Of a stretch of 64,000 nucleotides of DNA, positions 1-10,751 are shown in pieces. The DNA comes from an uncultured Actinomycetota bacterium. Lineage in GTDB: Bacteria > Actinomycetota > Actinomycetes > Mycobacteriales > Mycobacteriaceae. Below the pieces are notes generated by a model, which was not told the origin of the DNA, made no database searches, and saw nothing but the letters and a program-made list of their open reading frames with translations. Position 1 is the stretch's first letter. Each line of letters opens with the position of its first letter. The stretch is from assembly GCA_963750755.1 (NCBI GenBank), contig CAVVRW010000005.1, positions 72,605 to 136,604 on the forward strand, given 5' to 3'. The position numbers and the translations under genes were made by a program.

Positions 1-1490
1 GCCAGGTCGCCGTCGCGCTCGGCACGCTCCGACTCGCCGCGCAGCGTCTCAAGCTGTTCCTTGAGCTCGCGCACCACGTCGATCGCGCTCTTCTCGTTCT
101 GCCATCTGGCGGTCAGCTCGGCCAGCTTCTCCTTGTGGTCGGCCAACTCGGCGCGCAGCTTCTCCAGCCGCTCGCGCGACGCATCGTCGGATTCCTTGGC
201 CAGTGCCATCTCCTCGATCTCGAGACGGCGGACCAGGCGCTCGACCTCGTCGATTTCGACGGGCCGGGAGTCGATCTCCATCCTCAACCGGCTGGCGGCC
301 TCGTCGACCAGGTCGATGGCCTTGTCCGGCAGGAAACGGGCGGTGATGTAGCGGTCGGACAGCGACGCCGCCGACACCAGCGCGGAGTCGGTGATGCGCA
401 CACCGTGGTGCACCTCGTAGCGGTCCTTGAGGCCGCGCAGAATGCCGACGGTGTCTTCCACCGAAGGCTCGCCGACGAACACCTGTTGGAAGCGGCGCTC
501 CAGTGCGGCGTCCTTCTCGATGTACTTGCGGTACTCATCGAGCGTGGTGGCGCCGACCAGGCGCAGCTCGCCGCGGGCCAGCATCGGCTTGATCATGTTG
601 CCGGCGTCCATCGCCGATTCGCCGGTCGCGCCGGCGCCGACGATGGTGTGCAGCTCGTCGATGAACGTGATGATCTGCCCGGCGGAGTTCTTGATGTCGT
701 CGAGGACGGCCTTGAGCCGCTCCTCGAATTCGCCGCGGTACTTGGCGCCGGCCACCATCGAACCCAGGTCCAGGCTGATGACCGTCTTGTCGCGCAGGCT
801 TTCCGGGACGTCGCCGGCGATGATGCGCTGCGCCAGGCCTTCCACGATCGCGGTCTTACCGACACCGGGCTCGCCGATCAGCACCGGGTTGTTCTTGGTG
901 CGACGGCTCAGCACCTGGACCACGCGACGAATCTCGTTGTCCCGTCCGATGACTGGGTCGAGCTTGCCTTCGCGGGCCTGCGCGGTCAGGTCGGTGGAGT
1001 ACTTCTCCAACGCCTGGTAGGTCGCTTCGGGGTCGGCGCTGGTGACCCGCGCGCTGCCGCGCACTTTCACGAACGCTTCCCGCAGTGCCTGCGGCGAGGC
1101 CCCGTGTCCGGTAAGCAGCTTGGCGACTTCGGAGTTACCGGTAGCCAGACCGACCATCAGGTGCTCGGTGGAGACGTATTCGTCGTCCATCTCGGTGGCC
1201 AGTTGCTGCGCGGTGGTGATCGCGGCCAACGATTCGCGCGACAGCTGCGGCTGGGAGTTGGCGCCGCTGGCCTGCGGCAGCCGGTCCAGGATGCGCTGAG
1301 CTTCGGCGCGGATGGTGGCGGGCTCGATGCCGACAGCCTCCAGCAGCGGAGCGGCGATCCCGTCATTCTGCGTGAGCAGAGCCAGCAGCAGGTGAGCCGG
1401 CCTGATCTCGGGGTTGCCGGCGGCGCTTGCCGCCTGCAGCGCCGACGTCAGCACCGCCTGCGTCTTGGTTGTCGGGTTGAAAGAGTCCAC
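1..1490 (-). CDS. clpB: ClpB disaggregase, N-terminal ~496 codons; the 3' end lies beyond the left window edge
   Basis: Reverse-strand translation from GTG at 1490 reads [21 protein letters not shown]. The same frame is still open at positions 59-3, reading [25 protein letters not shown] Shine-Dalgarno lies just upstream. It is absent from the ORF track because no stop falls in the window. Confidence 0.95.
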   Translation of the reverse strand, partial: MDSFNPTTKTQAVLTSALQAASAAGNPEIRPAHLLLALLTQNDGIAAPLLEAVGIEPATIRAEAQRILDRLPQASGANSQPQLSRESLAAITTAQQLATEMDDEYVSTEHLMVGLATGNSEVAKLLTGHGASPQALREAFVKVRGSARVTSADPEATYQALEKYSTDLTAQAREGKLDPVIGRDNEIRRVVQVLSRRTKNNPVLIGEPGVGKTAIVEGLAQRIIAGDVPESLRDKTVISLDLGSMVAGAKYRGEFEERLKAVLDDIKNSAGQIITFIDELHTIVGAGATGESAMDAGNMIKPMLARGELRLVGATTLDEYRKYIEKDAALERRFQQVFVGEPSVEDTVGILRGLKDRYEVHHGVRITDSALVSAASLSDRYITARFLPDKAIDLVDEAASRLRMEIDSRPVEIDEVERLVRRLEIEEMALAKESDDASRERLEKLRAELADHKEKLAELTARWQNEKSAIDVVRELKEQLETLRGESERAERDGDL

Positions 1491-1557
1491 GACACCTCCG
1501 TTTCGAGTCTTGAGTGGGCCGGAAAATGGGGCCCGGGAAAATGCTTGTCGCCTTGTC

Positions 1558-1590
1558 CAACGCCGTCAAGGTTGAGTCTGTTCCGCTCAA
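1558..1590 (-). promoter_or_regulatory. SigH/SigE-type promoter overlapping an HspR HAIR-like inverted repeat, upstream of clpB
   Basis: The minus strand reads cGGAACA-N16-CGTTGg. The plus strand at 1572-1590 reads TTGAGT-ctgttcc-GCTCAA, matching the HAIR consensus CTTGAGT-N7-ACTCAAG. Confidence 0.7.
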
Positions 1591-1650
1591 CTCTAACAAA
1601 TTTCCCGGCACCCGGTCCGGCAGCTCAGCTGGGCACAACCTTTTCAACAC

Positions 1651-1686
1651 AGGTGACCATATTGACACGTGACATTCTAGTCACCT
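1651..1686 (+). promoter_or_regulatory. Candidate ArsR operator: AGGTGAC ... GTCACCT inverted repeat with a third GTGAC half-site
   Basis: The 7-bp arms at 1651-1657 and 1680-1686 are separated by 22 bp. An extra GTGAC lies at 1669-1673. The site ends 13 nt upstream of the ArsR GTG start. Confidence 0.3.
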
Positions 1687-1698
1687 ATAAAGGATCGC

Positions 1699-2022
1699 GT
1701 GGACAACGAGGACCTGATGTTCAAGGCGTTGTCCGACGCAACTCGCCGGCTCCTGCTCGACAAGCTATTCGAGCGCGCTGGAATGACGCTCGGTGAGCTG
1801 GAAGCGGAAGTCCCCGAGCTGACCCGGTTCGGGGTCATGAAGCACCTCGGCGTTCTGGAACAGGCAGGACTCGTTGTCACGCGCAAACGGGGACGGCACA
1901 AGCACCACTACCTGAATGCGGTGCCCATCAGGCTCCTCCTGGAGCGCTGGACCGACAAATACCGGGACAGGCGGGCCGCGGGACTCCTGGACCTCAAAGA
2001 TCACTTGGAAGGAACGAAATGA
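1699..2022 (+). CDS. ArsR/SmtB-family winged-helix transcriptional regulator
   Basis: 107-aa ORF. FKALSDATRRLLLDKL ... LTRFGVMKHLGVLEQAGLVVTRKRGR is a typical ArsR HTH. It overlaps the next gene by 4 nt. Confidence 0.85.
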   Translation: MDNEDLMFKALSDATRRLLLDKLFERAGMTLGELEAEVPELTRFGVMKHLGVLEQAGLVVTRKRGRHKHHYLNAVPIRLLLERWTDKYRDRRAAGLLDLKDHLEGTK

Positions 2023-2477
2023 CGATCACCGACGCGGCGGCAACTCAGGTCTACCAGCTCTACATCAAGGCGTCCCAAGAGCAGGTTTGGGATGCGATCA
2101 CCAACCCGGCGATCGTGGCGAAATTTTTCCATGGCGCTCGCGTCGAATCGACCTACGAGGTCGGCTCAAAGCTCCGCAGTCTGTCGCCCGATGGCAGCGA
2201 CGTATGGGGCAACAACACGATTCTGGAATGCGACCCACCGCGGCGACTTGTGCACACGTGGCGCAGCCTCTACGACCCCACGCTGGCAGCCGAACCAGAG
2301 AGCAGGGTGACATGGGAGATAGAGGCTGAACAGGACCGGCTTTCCCGGCTCACCTTGATCCACGACCGGCTGGACCACTCACCCAATACCGCCGCGAACG
2401 TCAAGGGGTGGTCCTACATACTCAGCAACCTCAAAACTGTCGTGGAAACCGGGGAATCGCTGCCGCCGGTGATGTAG
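2019..2477 (+). CDS. SRPBCC / Aha1-like (activator of Hsp90 ATPase homolog) domain protein
   Basis: 152-aa ORF translationally coupled to ArsR, a common ArsR plus SRPBCC pairing. WDAITNPAIVAKFF ... VTWEIE ... HDRL pattern. Confidence 0.7.
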   Translation: MTITDAAATQVYQLYIKASQEQVWDAITNPAIVAKFFHGARVESTYEVGSKLRSLSPDGSDVWGNNTILECDPPRRLVHTWRSLYDPTLAAEPESRVTWEIEAEQDRLSRLTLIHDRLDHSPNTAANVKGWSYILSNLKTVVETGESLPPVM

Positions 2478-2531
2478 CTATACCGCGATTGACACAGTAG
2501 ACGTTTCTTCATTCGAACGTATGATCGATTA

Positions 2532-2837
2532 GTGGGTGACCTCGCGTCGATCGGATACAACGGGCAGCCGGTGCGCAATCCGTTTCGGGTCGTGCGCCCA
2601 CCGCTCACCGTGCTGATCGACCTGACCGTCCTGTTCCCCCGCGAGCCACACCGCACCGGGCGGTATCACCCGCATGGCCTGCAGCTGCACAAGGTCGTCG
2701 AAGGCCGGCTGACCTGCTGGGGCGTCTGCGAGCAGGGCGACTGGTGGGGGCTGGTGACCTATCCGATCGCATACGGGTCCAAGCGAAAGACCGTGACGCA
2801 TTGGGTGCCGGCCTGGACGCTGCGGCGCAAGCGCTAG
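2532..2837 (+). CDS. Hypothetical small Trp-rich protein
   Basis: 101-aa ORF with strong GC3 codon bias and a GTG start. I recognise no family. Confidence 0.45.
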   Translation: MGDLASIGYNGQPVRNPFRVVRPPLTVLIDLTVLFPREPHRTGRYHPHGLQLHKVVEGRLTCWGVCEQGDWWGLVTYPIAYGSKRKTVTHWVPAWTLRRKR

Positions 2838-2871
2838 TCATCAGGCTCTGCGCAATGGGAGGATTCACCGC

Positions 2872-3546
2872 GTGACGCAAAGTTGGGTTCCCCTGCTGGC
2901 CACGGTGATTCCGCTGGCGCTCGTCGTCTCGATCTCGCCGCTGTCGGTGATTCCGGCCGTGCTGGTGTTGCAGACGCCGCGGCCGCGGCCGACCGGCCTC
3001 GCCTTTCTGGGCGGCTGGTTGCTGGGCCTAGTCGCGCTGACCGCGGTGTTCGTCGAGTCCTCCGATGCGCTGAGCGGACTGCACAACAAGCCAGCGGCGT
3101 GGGCCTCGTGGACGCGCGTGGTGCTCGGTCTCGCGCTGATCGCGTTCGGCATCTACCGGTGGCTGACCCGCGAAGGCCACAGCGAGTCACCCAAATGGAT
3201 GCGATCCTTTGAAACGCTCACGCCTGCCCGGGCAGCGGGCTTCGCGTTGGCGTTGACCGTGGTGAGAGTCGAGGTGCTGACCATGTGCGCGCTGGCCGGG
3301 TTGGCCATCGGCAGCGGCAACCTGGGCCGCGTGGGCGAGGCGGTCACGGGAGTGATCTACGTTGCCGTCGCCGCATCCACGGTGGCGATCCCGGTGCTGG
3401 CCTACGTGGCCGCCGGCCATCGTCTGGACAGTGCGATGGCCCGGCTCAAGGAGTGGATGGAGCGCAACAACGCCGCGATGATGGCCGGGGTCCTGGTGCT
3501 GATCGGTGGGATGGTGCTCTACCACGGCGTTAACGCGCTCGGCTAG
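2872..3546 (+). CDS. GAP-family (Sap-like) integral membrane protein
   Basis: 224-aa ORF with about 6 hydrophobic segments. The N-terminus LLATVIPLALVVSISPLSVIPAVLVL is typical of this family. Confidence 0.6.
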   Translation: MTQSWVPLLATVIPLALVVSISPLSVIPAVLVLQTPRPRPTGLAFLGGWLLGLVALTAVFVESSDALSGLHNKPAAWASWTRVVLGLALIAFGIYRWLTREGHSESPKWMRSFETLTPARAAGFALALTVVRVEVLTMCALAGLAIGSGNLGRVGEAVTGVIYVAVAASTVAIPVLAYVAAGHRLDSAMARLKEWMERNNAAMMAGVLVLIGGMVLYHGVNALG

Positions 3547-3579
3547 GAGTCTGGCCGGCCGGGCATAAAATCGGCGGCC

Positions 3580-4743
3580 GTGAGCCTCAACGATCGGGAT
3601 GCGCTGGCGGTGCTGCATGCCGCCCTCGACCCCGACGACGCCAACGGGCTCATCGGCCGGTTCTACACCCGCTGGTTTTCCTTCCAGGCGTCGCCGCGCG
3701 ACCTGTTCCCTCCGGACATGGCCACCCAGCGGGCCGCGTTCGCGCACGCGCTGAAGTGGCTTTACGGCGAGCTCGTCGCCCAGCGTTCGCACGAGCCGGT
3801 GGCGTTTTTGGCCCAGCTCGGACGCGACCACCGCAAGTACGGAGTGCTGGCCGAGCACTACGAGACGCTCGGGCAGGCGCTGTATGCGACGTTGCGCGAC
3901 GCGCTCGACGAGGCATGGACCGACGCCGTCGACGCCGCCGCCCGGCAATCGCTGAATCTGATCACCGGGGTGATGAGCGGGGCCGCCGAGGCCGAGCACG
4001 GACCCGCCTGGTGGGACGGCACGGTGGTCGAACACCTTCGGGTATCCCGCGACCTCGCCGTGGTCCGGTTACAACTCGACAGCCCCATGCCCTACCACGC
4101 CGGCCAGTACGTCAGCGTCGCCGTGCCGCAGTGCCCGCGGCGGTGGAGATACCTGACGCCGGCCATCCCGCCCGACGACACCGGCGCCGTCGAGTTTCAC
4201 GTTCGCGCGGTCTCGGGCGGCCTGGTCAGCAATGCCATCGTCAACGAGACCCGGGCCGGTGACCGGTGGCGAGTGTCCAGCCCGCACGGCGCGTTGGATG
4301 TCAACCGCGACGGCAGCGACGTCTTGATGGTCGCGGGCAGCACCGGGCTCGCGCCGCTGCGCTCGATCATCATGGACCTCACCCGCTGGGCCGACAATCC
4401 GCGCGTGCACCTGTTTTTCGGCGGCCGCTACCCCTGCGAGCTGTACGACCTGCAGACCTTGTGGCAGATCGCCTCCCACAATCCGTGGCTGTCGGTGACA
4501 CCGGTCTCCGAATTCAGCGGCGATCCGGCGTGGGCCGCGGATTATCCCGACGTGACGCCGCCGCGGGGACTGCACGTTCGTCAGACCGGCAAATTGGTCG
4601 ACGTCGTCACCAGGTACGGCAATTGGGGCGACCGCCAGATCTTGATCGCCGGCGGCCCGAACATGGTGCGCGCCACCGTCGACGCGCTGGTGGCTAAAGG
4701 CGCTCCGGCCGAACGCATTCAGCACGACCCGCTGTCCCGCTAG
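3580..4743 (+). CDS. Globin-domain / FAD-NAD(P)-binding oxidoreductase (flavohemoprotein-like, Rv0385-like)
   Basis: 387-aa ORF. The N-terminal globin-like region contains FYTRWF and DHRKYGV. The C-terminal ferredoxin-reductase fold contains RYLTPA and MVAGSTGLAPLRS. It is adjacent to clpB, as I recall for Rv0385. Confidence 0.75.
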   Translation: MSLNDRDALAVLHAALDPDDANGLIGRFYTRWFSFQASPRDLFPPDMATQRAAFAHALKWLYGELVAQRSHEPVAFLAQLGRDHRKYGVLAEHYETLGQALYATLRDALDEAWTDAVDAAARQSLNLITGVMSGAAEAEHGPAWWDGTVVEHLRVSRDLAVVRLQLDSPMPYHAGQYVSVAVPQCPRRWRYLTPAIPPDDTGAVEFHVRAVSGGLVSNAIVNETRAGDRWRVSSPHGALDVNRDGSDVLMVAGSTGLAPLRSIIMDLTRWADNPRVHLFFGGRYPCELYDLQTLWQIASHNPWLSVTPVSEFSGDPAWAADYPDVTPPRGLHVRQTGKLVDVVTRYGNWGDRQILIAGGPNMVRATVDALVAKGAPAERIQHDPLSR

Positions 4744-4755
4744 GCGCCGACGATG

Positions 4756-4774
4756 CAGAACGCGAAGCGTTCTG
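4756..4774 (+). terminator. Stem-loop after the flavohemoprotein-like gene
   Basis: CAGAACGC-gaa-GCGTTCTG, an 8-bp perfect stem, lies 13 nt after the stop. It has no U-tract, which is common in mycobacteria. Confidence 0.4.
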
Positions 4775-4809
4775 AGGAGGAGGTGACTGCTTTGGCATAA
4801 GCTCCGGTC

Positions 4810-5700
4810 GTGCGCATCGTCACGCTGAGTGATCCGTCATCAGACGTCGAGGCCCGGTTCGTCCCAGAGGCCGGCATGATCGGCATTTCGCTGACCGACG
4901 CGGGCGCCGAGCTGCTGGGCCAACGCCGCGGACTCGACGCCTACGTGGCCAACGGGAAAACGATGGGCATCCCGCTGTTGTACCCCTGGGCAAATCGCTT
5001 GGGCGCCAACACATACGAAGCCGAAGGCAAGACGATCACGCTGACCGACGGCGAATACGGGGTACGGACGGATCCCAGCGGGCTACCGATCCACGGTGTG
5101 CTCGCCGCCTTTCGCAACTGGCGGGTGACGCACGAGTCGGGTCACGAGCTCACCGGCGAGGTCAACTTCACCACCGATGAAGAGCTGCTCGCCAGCTTTC
5201 CGTTTCCGCACCGGCTGTCGCTGACGATCAACCTGTACGAGCGGGCCCTGCGGCTGCGCGTCGCGGTGACTCCAACCGGCGAATACGCGGTGCCGCTGTG
5301 CTTCGGCTTTCATCCCTACCTGCAGCTGCCCGACGTGCCGCGCGATCAGTGGGTCATCGAGACGCCGGCGATGCGACACCTGACGCTCGACGACAGGGGG
5401 CTGCCGACCGGTGACGCCGTCGTCCAGCCTGCCCTCAGTGAAGCACTGGGCGACAAGAGTTTTGACGACGGATACGACCAGGTCAGCGAGGGCTCGGCGT
5501 TCGCGGTGTCCGGAGGCGGACGCCGCATCGAGGTCCACTTCGAAAAGGGCTATTCCGCCGCGCAGATTTTCGCACCGCCCGGCGAGAGTGTGGTGTGCTT
5601 CGAGCCGATGACCGCTCCGACCGACGCGTTGCGCCGCGGCGGCTATCCGTCGGCCCGGCCCGGTGACTGGGGCGTCGCGCAGTTCTCGATCAGGGTTTAG
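4810..5700 (+). CDS. Aldose 1-epimerase family protein
   Basis: 296-aa ORF with GIPLLYPWANRL and FGFHPY motifs. Confidence 0.75.
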   Translation: MRIVTLSDPSSDVEARFVPEAGMIGISLTDAGAELLGQRRGLDAYVANGKTMGIPLLYPWANRLGANTYEAEGKTITLTDGEYGVRTDPSGLPIHGVLAAFRNWRVTHESGHELTGEVNFTTDEELLASFPFPHRLSLTINLYERALRLRVAVTPTGEYAVPLCFGFHPYLQLPDVPRDQWVIETPAMRHLTLDDRGLPTGDAVVQPALSEALGDKSFDDGYDQVSEGSAFAVSGGGRRIEVHFEKGYSAAQIFAPPGESVVCFEPMTAPTDALRRGGYPSARPGDWGVAQFSIRV

Positions 5701-6068
5701 CGGCGCGGCTTCCAGACCACCACCGCGGTGCTCTTGGGCACCACCGCGAGGTCGCGTCGCTGGTTGCCCCGCAGTACTTCGATCTCGGCGGCCATCTCCT
5801 TCAACCGCGACTGCAGCGCCTCGACCTGATTGGTCAACTCGATAATCCGTTTGATACCGGCCAGATTGACGCCTTCATCCTGAGACAGCCGCTGCACCTC
5901 GCGGAGCAGATCAACGTCATGCTGCGAATAGCGCCGTCCCCCACCGGAACTGCGGCTGGGGCTGACGAGTCCGAGCCGGTCATAGGTACGCAGCGTCTGC
6001 GCGTGCATACCGGCCAGCTCGGCGGCCACCGAGATCAGGAACGTCCGGGCGTCGTCTTTCTTGGCCAT
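5697..6068 (-). CDS. hspR: HspR, MerR-family heat-shock repressor
   Basis: [37 protein letters not shown]. The ATG at 6068 overlaps the dnaJ TGA by 1 nt. The track ORF begins 18 nt further upstream at 6086. Confidence 0.93.
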   Translation of the reverse strand: MAKKDDARTFLISVAAELAGMHAQTLRTYDRLGLVSPSRSSGGGRRYSQHDVDLLREVQRLSQDEGVNLAGIKRIIELTNQVEALQSRLKEMAAEIEVLRGNQRRDLAVVPKSTAVVVWKPRR

Positions 6069-7240
6069 CAGCGGTTGCCCGCCCATCCGGCTCGGGGATC
6101 GAAACCACTTGACCGCTCGGCGACCGCGTAGGCTTCGAGCGCTTCTTTGGCGGCACCCTCCAGGTTCGGCGGCACAGCGACTTTCACCGTGACCAGCAGG
6201 TCGCCCTGACCACCGGAGCGCTTGGGTACCCCGCGGCCGCGCACCCGCAGGATACGACCGTCGGTCGTGCCCTTAGGCACCCGGACACCGACCTTGCCGT
6301 CCAATGTAGGGACGGAAAGCGTTGTGCCCAAAGCTAATTCGCTGAAGCTCACCGGCACGGTGACGGTCAGGTCGTCGCCGTCACGAGCGAACACCTTGTC
6401 GGGCCGCACGTGCACGGTGACGTAGAGGTCACCCGATGGAGCACCGCGCAATCCCGCTTCACCCTGACCGGCCAACCGGATCCGCTGCCCGTCTTCCACG
6501 CCCGGTGGGATCCGGACGTTGATCGTGCGGCTGCGGGTGGTGACACCGGTACCTTTGCACTCGTCGCAGGGGTGCTCGATGATCGACCCGCTGCCACGGC
6601 ATTCGGTGCACGGCTCGGAAAACCCGAAAGCGCCTTGGTTGCGGCTGATTACGCCCGCGCCGTTACACGTGGGACAGACCTTCGGGCTGGTCCCGGGTCG
6701 CGCGCCGCTGCCATGGCAGTTGGTGCACGGCGCCGGGCTGGTCAGCCGCAGCGGCATCGCGACGCCCTTGGTGGCTTCCAGGAAGTCCAGCTCGGTCTCG
6801 GTCTCCAGGTCGTTGCCGCGACGCGGCCGGCTGGGCCGCGGCTGAGCACCGCGACCGAACAATCCGCCGAACAAGTCACCGATGTTGTTGCCGCCGCTGC
6901 GGCCGGCCGCGTCGAACAGGTCGTTGAGGTTGAACTCAGCGCCGTCGCCACCGAAACCACCGGCGAAGTCGCCCGCACCGCCGCCGTTGAAACGCCGACC
7001 GAATCCGCCTCCGGCGAAGAGACGACGGGTTTCGTCGTACTCCTTGCGCTTCGCGTCGTCGGACAAGACGCTGTAGGCCTCGGAAACCGCCTTGAACCGC
7101 TCGGCCCCGTCCGGATTTTTGTCCGGATGCAGGTCGGAGGCCAACTTGCGGTACGCCGTCTTTATCTCCTTGGCGCTGGCGTCAGAGGAGACGCCGAGCT
7201 CCTTGTAGAAGTCCTTCTCAACCCACTCGCGTTGAGCCAT
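6068..7240 (-). CDS. dnaJ: DnaJ co-chaperone
   Basis: 390-aa ORF with a J domain ([34 protein letters not shown]), a G/F region and four CxxCxGxG zinc-finger repeats. Confidence 0.97.
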   Translation of the reverse strand: MAQREWVEKDFYKELGVSSDASAKEIKTAYRKLASDLHPDKNPDGAERFKAVSEAYSVLSDDAKRKEYDETRRLFAGGGFGRRFNGGGAGDFAGGFGGDGAEFNLNDLFDAAGRSGGNNIGDLFGGLFGRGAQPRPSRPRRGNDLETETELDFLEATKGVAMPLRLTSPAPCTNCHGSGARPGTSPKVCPTCNGAGVISRNQGAFGFSEPCTECRGSGSIIEHPCDECKGTGVTTRSRTINVRIPPGVEDGQRIRLAGQGEAGLRGAPSGDLYVTVHVRPDKVFARDGDDLTVTVPVSFSELALGTTLSVPTLDGKVGVRVPKGTTDGRILRVRGRGVPKRSGGQGDLLVTVKVAVPPNLEGAAKEALEAYAVAERSSGFDPRAGWAGNR

Positions 7241-7277
7241 TCTGCGTCACCCCCTTCGCCTTCCTGGAGTCCCGCCG

Positions 7278-7919
7278 TCATTTCTCCGACGGCTCTGATT
7301 CTGCGTGCTGCTCACCTTCGTTCGCGTCGTTATCGGCTGTGTCGGCGCTCCCAGAGTTGTGCGAGGCCTCCGCGACTGTGTCCACCACTCCCACCAGCGC
7401 GTGCCGCAGCACCTGCTCGCCGAGCTTGTAGCCCTGTCGCATCACGTTGCCGATCACCGGCTTGGAGCCCGGGCCGCCGTCACCTTCATGCTGGACGGCC
7501 TCGTGCAGCGCCGGGTCGAAGTCGTCGCCCTCCGCGGCGAAGGCCGTCAGGCCGAGCCCGGTCATCGCGCCGACCAGCTTGTCGGCCACCGACTTCAGCG
7601 GACCCGAATCCAGGTCGCCATGGCTGCGCGCCCGCTCGAGATCGTCGAGCACGCCCAGCAATTGGCTCACCACCGCCGCCTTGGCCCGCTCCGCGCTGGC
7701 CTCCTGGTCACGCAACGCCCGCTTGCGGTAGTTGGCGTAGTCGGCCTGCACCCGCTGCAGATCGGCGGTCAGCTCGGCGACCTTCTCGTCGCCGGCCGGC
7801 GCGTCCGGCGCCGCCCCCGCAGGGGCGGCACCGGCACGCGAAGTGGCGTACCTCGCCGGTCTCGGGATCGATCCGCCGCTTGTCAGTGACGGTTACCGGT
7901 TCATCTGCGGTTCCTTCGG

Positions 7920-7923
<4 letters not shown>
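7278..7923 (-). CDS. grpE: GrpE nucleotide-exchange factor; reading frame broken by an apparent 1-nt indel near 7827-7845
   Basis: The conserved N-terminus [27 protein letters not shown] is in the frame starting at 7923. The rest (..[44 protein letters not shown] ... VVDT..) is in the frame of track ORF 7278..7751. The start GTG overlaps the dnaK stop (GTGA). Confidence 0.85.
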
Positions 7924-9776
<1,853 letters not shown>

Positions 9777-9820
9777 GGTGAATCCTCCCTGATATTTCGA
9801 GCTTGGTATGCACTTCGTTA

Positions 9821-9895
9821 CTGAGTGAACCTCGCTCAACCTTGCCTGGTGCGGAGTGCCGCTGTCAAACCAAGGTTGAGTCCGACTCGCTCAAG
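9821..9895 (-). promoter_or_regulatory. Two HAIR (HspR-associated inverted repeat) operators upstream of dnaK
   Basis: 9821-9839 reads CTGAGT-gaacctc-GCTCAA and 9876-9895 reads TTGAGT-ccgactc-GCTCAAG. Both match CTTGAGT-N7-ACTCAAG. Confidence 0.8.
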
Positions 9896-9909
9896 TTTGT
9901 CATAGGGCT

Positions 9910-9937
9910 CAACGGGGTCAACCCGAGGTTTGTTCCC
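9910..9937 (-). promoter_or_regulatory. SigH/SigE-type promoter upstream of the dnaK operon
   Basis: The minus strand reads GGGAACA-N16-CGTTG. Confidence 0.6.
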
Positions 9938-10065
9938 CAACGGTCGAGGGCGTCGTCGGGATGCTGATCATTAGCAGGGGGCTGCGTCGGTCGACCGCAT
10001 GCCCGAGGTATCACCCCGGCCGTCTCGTAACGATCCGGGGGTTTGAGGCCGCTACGAGGCGCGCC

Positions 10066-10521
10066 TCAGGGGAAGAATGTTCCGAAGAGTGGGAAGTCCC
10101 CAAATGGGGTGATGAGCAGATCCGACATTACTGCGCCGGGTCCGGTGCCGGGGATGTCGATAAATTCGTTTTCCCAGCCGCCGCCGAAGTTGGCAAGGTC
10201 GAGGGTGATGTTGCCATTCGAGAAGTTGTCGTCGGTAAATGACCCGAACACGGTGCTGGTGTCGACACCGTCGAGTTGATCCGGGACCGTGACAGTGTTC
10301 GTCGTGAAGTCGAACCGACTCCAGGCTTCGTGCCCCGCTATCACCTCCGGTGACCAGGGCGGGAACCCCGATACGTCTGTGGGATTCAAGGTGTTTGGGT
10401 CCGGCACCCACCCGGTGTCGTCGGCGAACGCGACGGCCATCGGCAGGAACGCACCGACCGTGAGCGCGCCGGCGGCAGCGCCTAGGGCGAACGTCATGCG
10501 GCGGCGCCGATTCTCGATCAT
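10066..10521 (-). CDS. Hypothetical exported protein
   Basis: The likely start is MIENRRRRMTFALGAAAGALTVGAFLPMAVAFADD, a signal peptide. The mature part is about 115 aa and rich in D, F, G, N and T. I recognise no family. Confidence 0.6.
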   Translation of the reverse strand: MIENRRRRMTFALGAAAGALTVGAFLPMAVAFADDTGWVPDPNTLNPTDVSGFPPWSPEVIAGHEAWSRFDFTTNTVTVPDQLDGVDTSTVFGSFTDDNFSNGNITLDLANFGGGWENEFIDIPGTGPGAVMSDLLITPFGDFPLFGTFFP

Positions 10522-10606
10522 GTCGACCCCTTGTCTTGATGTGATACCCGATGTTGTGGCCAGTACTCGCAAGGCATTGTGCTCGCCCGACCGGCCCGCG
10601 CACATA

Positions 10607-10627
10607 GGGTGAATACCTGATATTTGC
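10607..10627 (+). repeat. Conserved 21-bp box, copy 1 of 3 (GGGTGAATACCTGATATTTGC); candidate operator
   Basis: It matches the boxes at 12962 and 16413 at 19-20 of 21 positions, with about 30 nt of weaker upstream similarity (..GCACAT..). Confidence 0.8.
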
Positions 10628-10650
10628 GTTCACGTCTGCGAACGCAAATA
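10621..10650. repeat. Perfect 11-bp inverted repeat (TATTTGCGTTC-n8-GAACGCAAATA)
   Basis: Seen directly. The left arm overlaps the 3' end of box copy 1. It lies at the junction with the LuxR 3' remnant. Confidence 0.85.
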
Positions 10651-10652
10651 CG

Positions 10653-10730
10653 CACACCCACGTGTGCGCCATCATGACCAAACTCGGCGTCCACAACCGC
10701 ACCCAAGCAGCCGCCTACGCCCAGCAACAG
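10653..10730 (+). pseudogene. Remnant of the 3' end (HTH recognition helix) of a LuxR-family regulator gene
   Basis: It encodes ..THVCAIMTKLGVHNRTQAAAYAQQQ. This is near-identical at the nucleotide level to 15575-15650 (THICAIMAKLGVHNRTQAAAYARQR) of the LuxR gene downstream. No upstream ATPase or TPR part is present. Confidence 0.75.
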
Positions 10731-10751
10731 CTCTCGCCTGGCCGCTCGTCG

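Noticed and set aside
135-1796. 553-aa plus-strand ORF overlapping the clpB region. Similar long antisense ORFs occur at 6410..8089, 8289..9689, 10662..11822, 18219..19421, 24810..26399, 26258..27295, 32973..33866, 34384..36189 and 61640..63502.
   Set aside because: These are mirror-frame artifacts of high-GC DNA. The opposite strand encodes unmistakable conserved proteins (ClpB, DnaJ/GrpE, DnaK, the reductase and others). The antisense translations are Arg/Pro/Gly/Ala-rich with no recognisable motifs.
2478-2531. TTGACA ... TATGAT hexamers, considered as a SigA-type promoter for the small ORF at 2532.
   Set aside because: The spacer between the hexamers is about 25 nt, too long for a functional -35/-10 pair.
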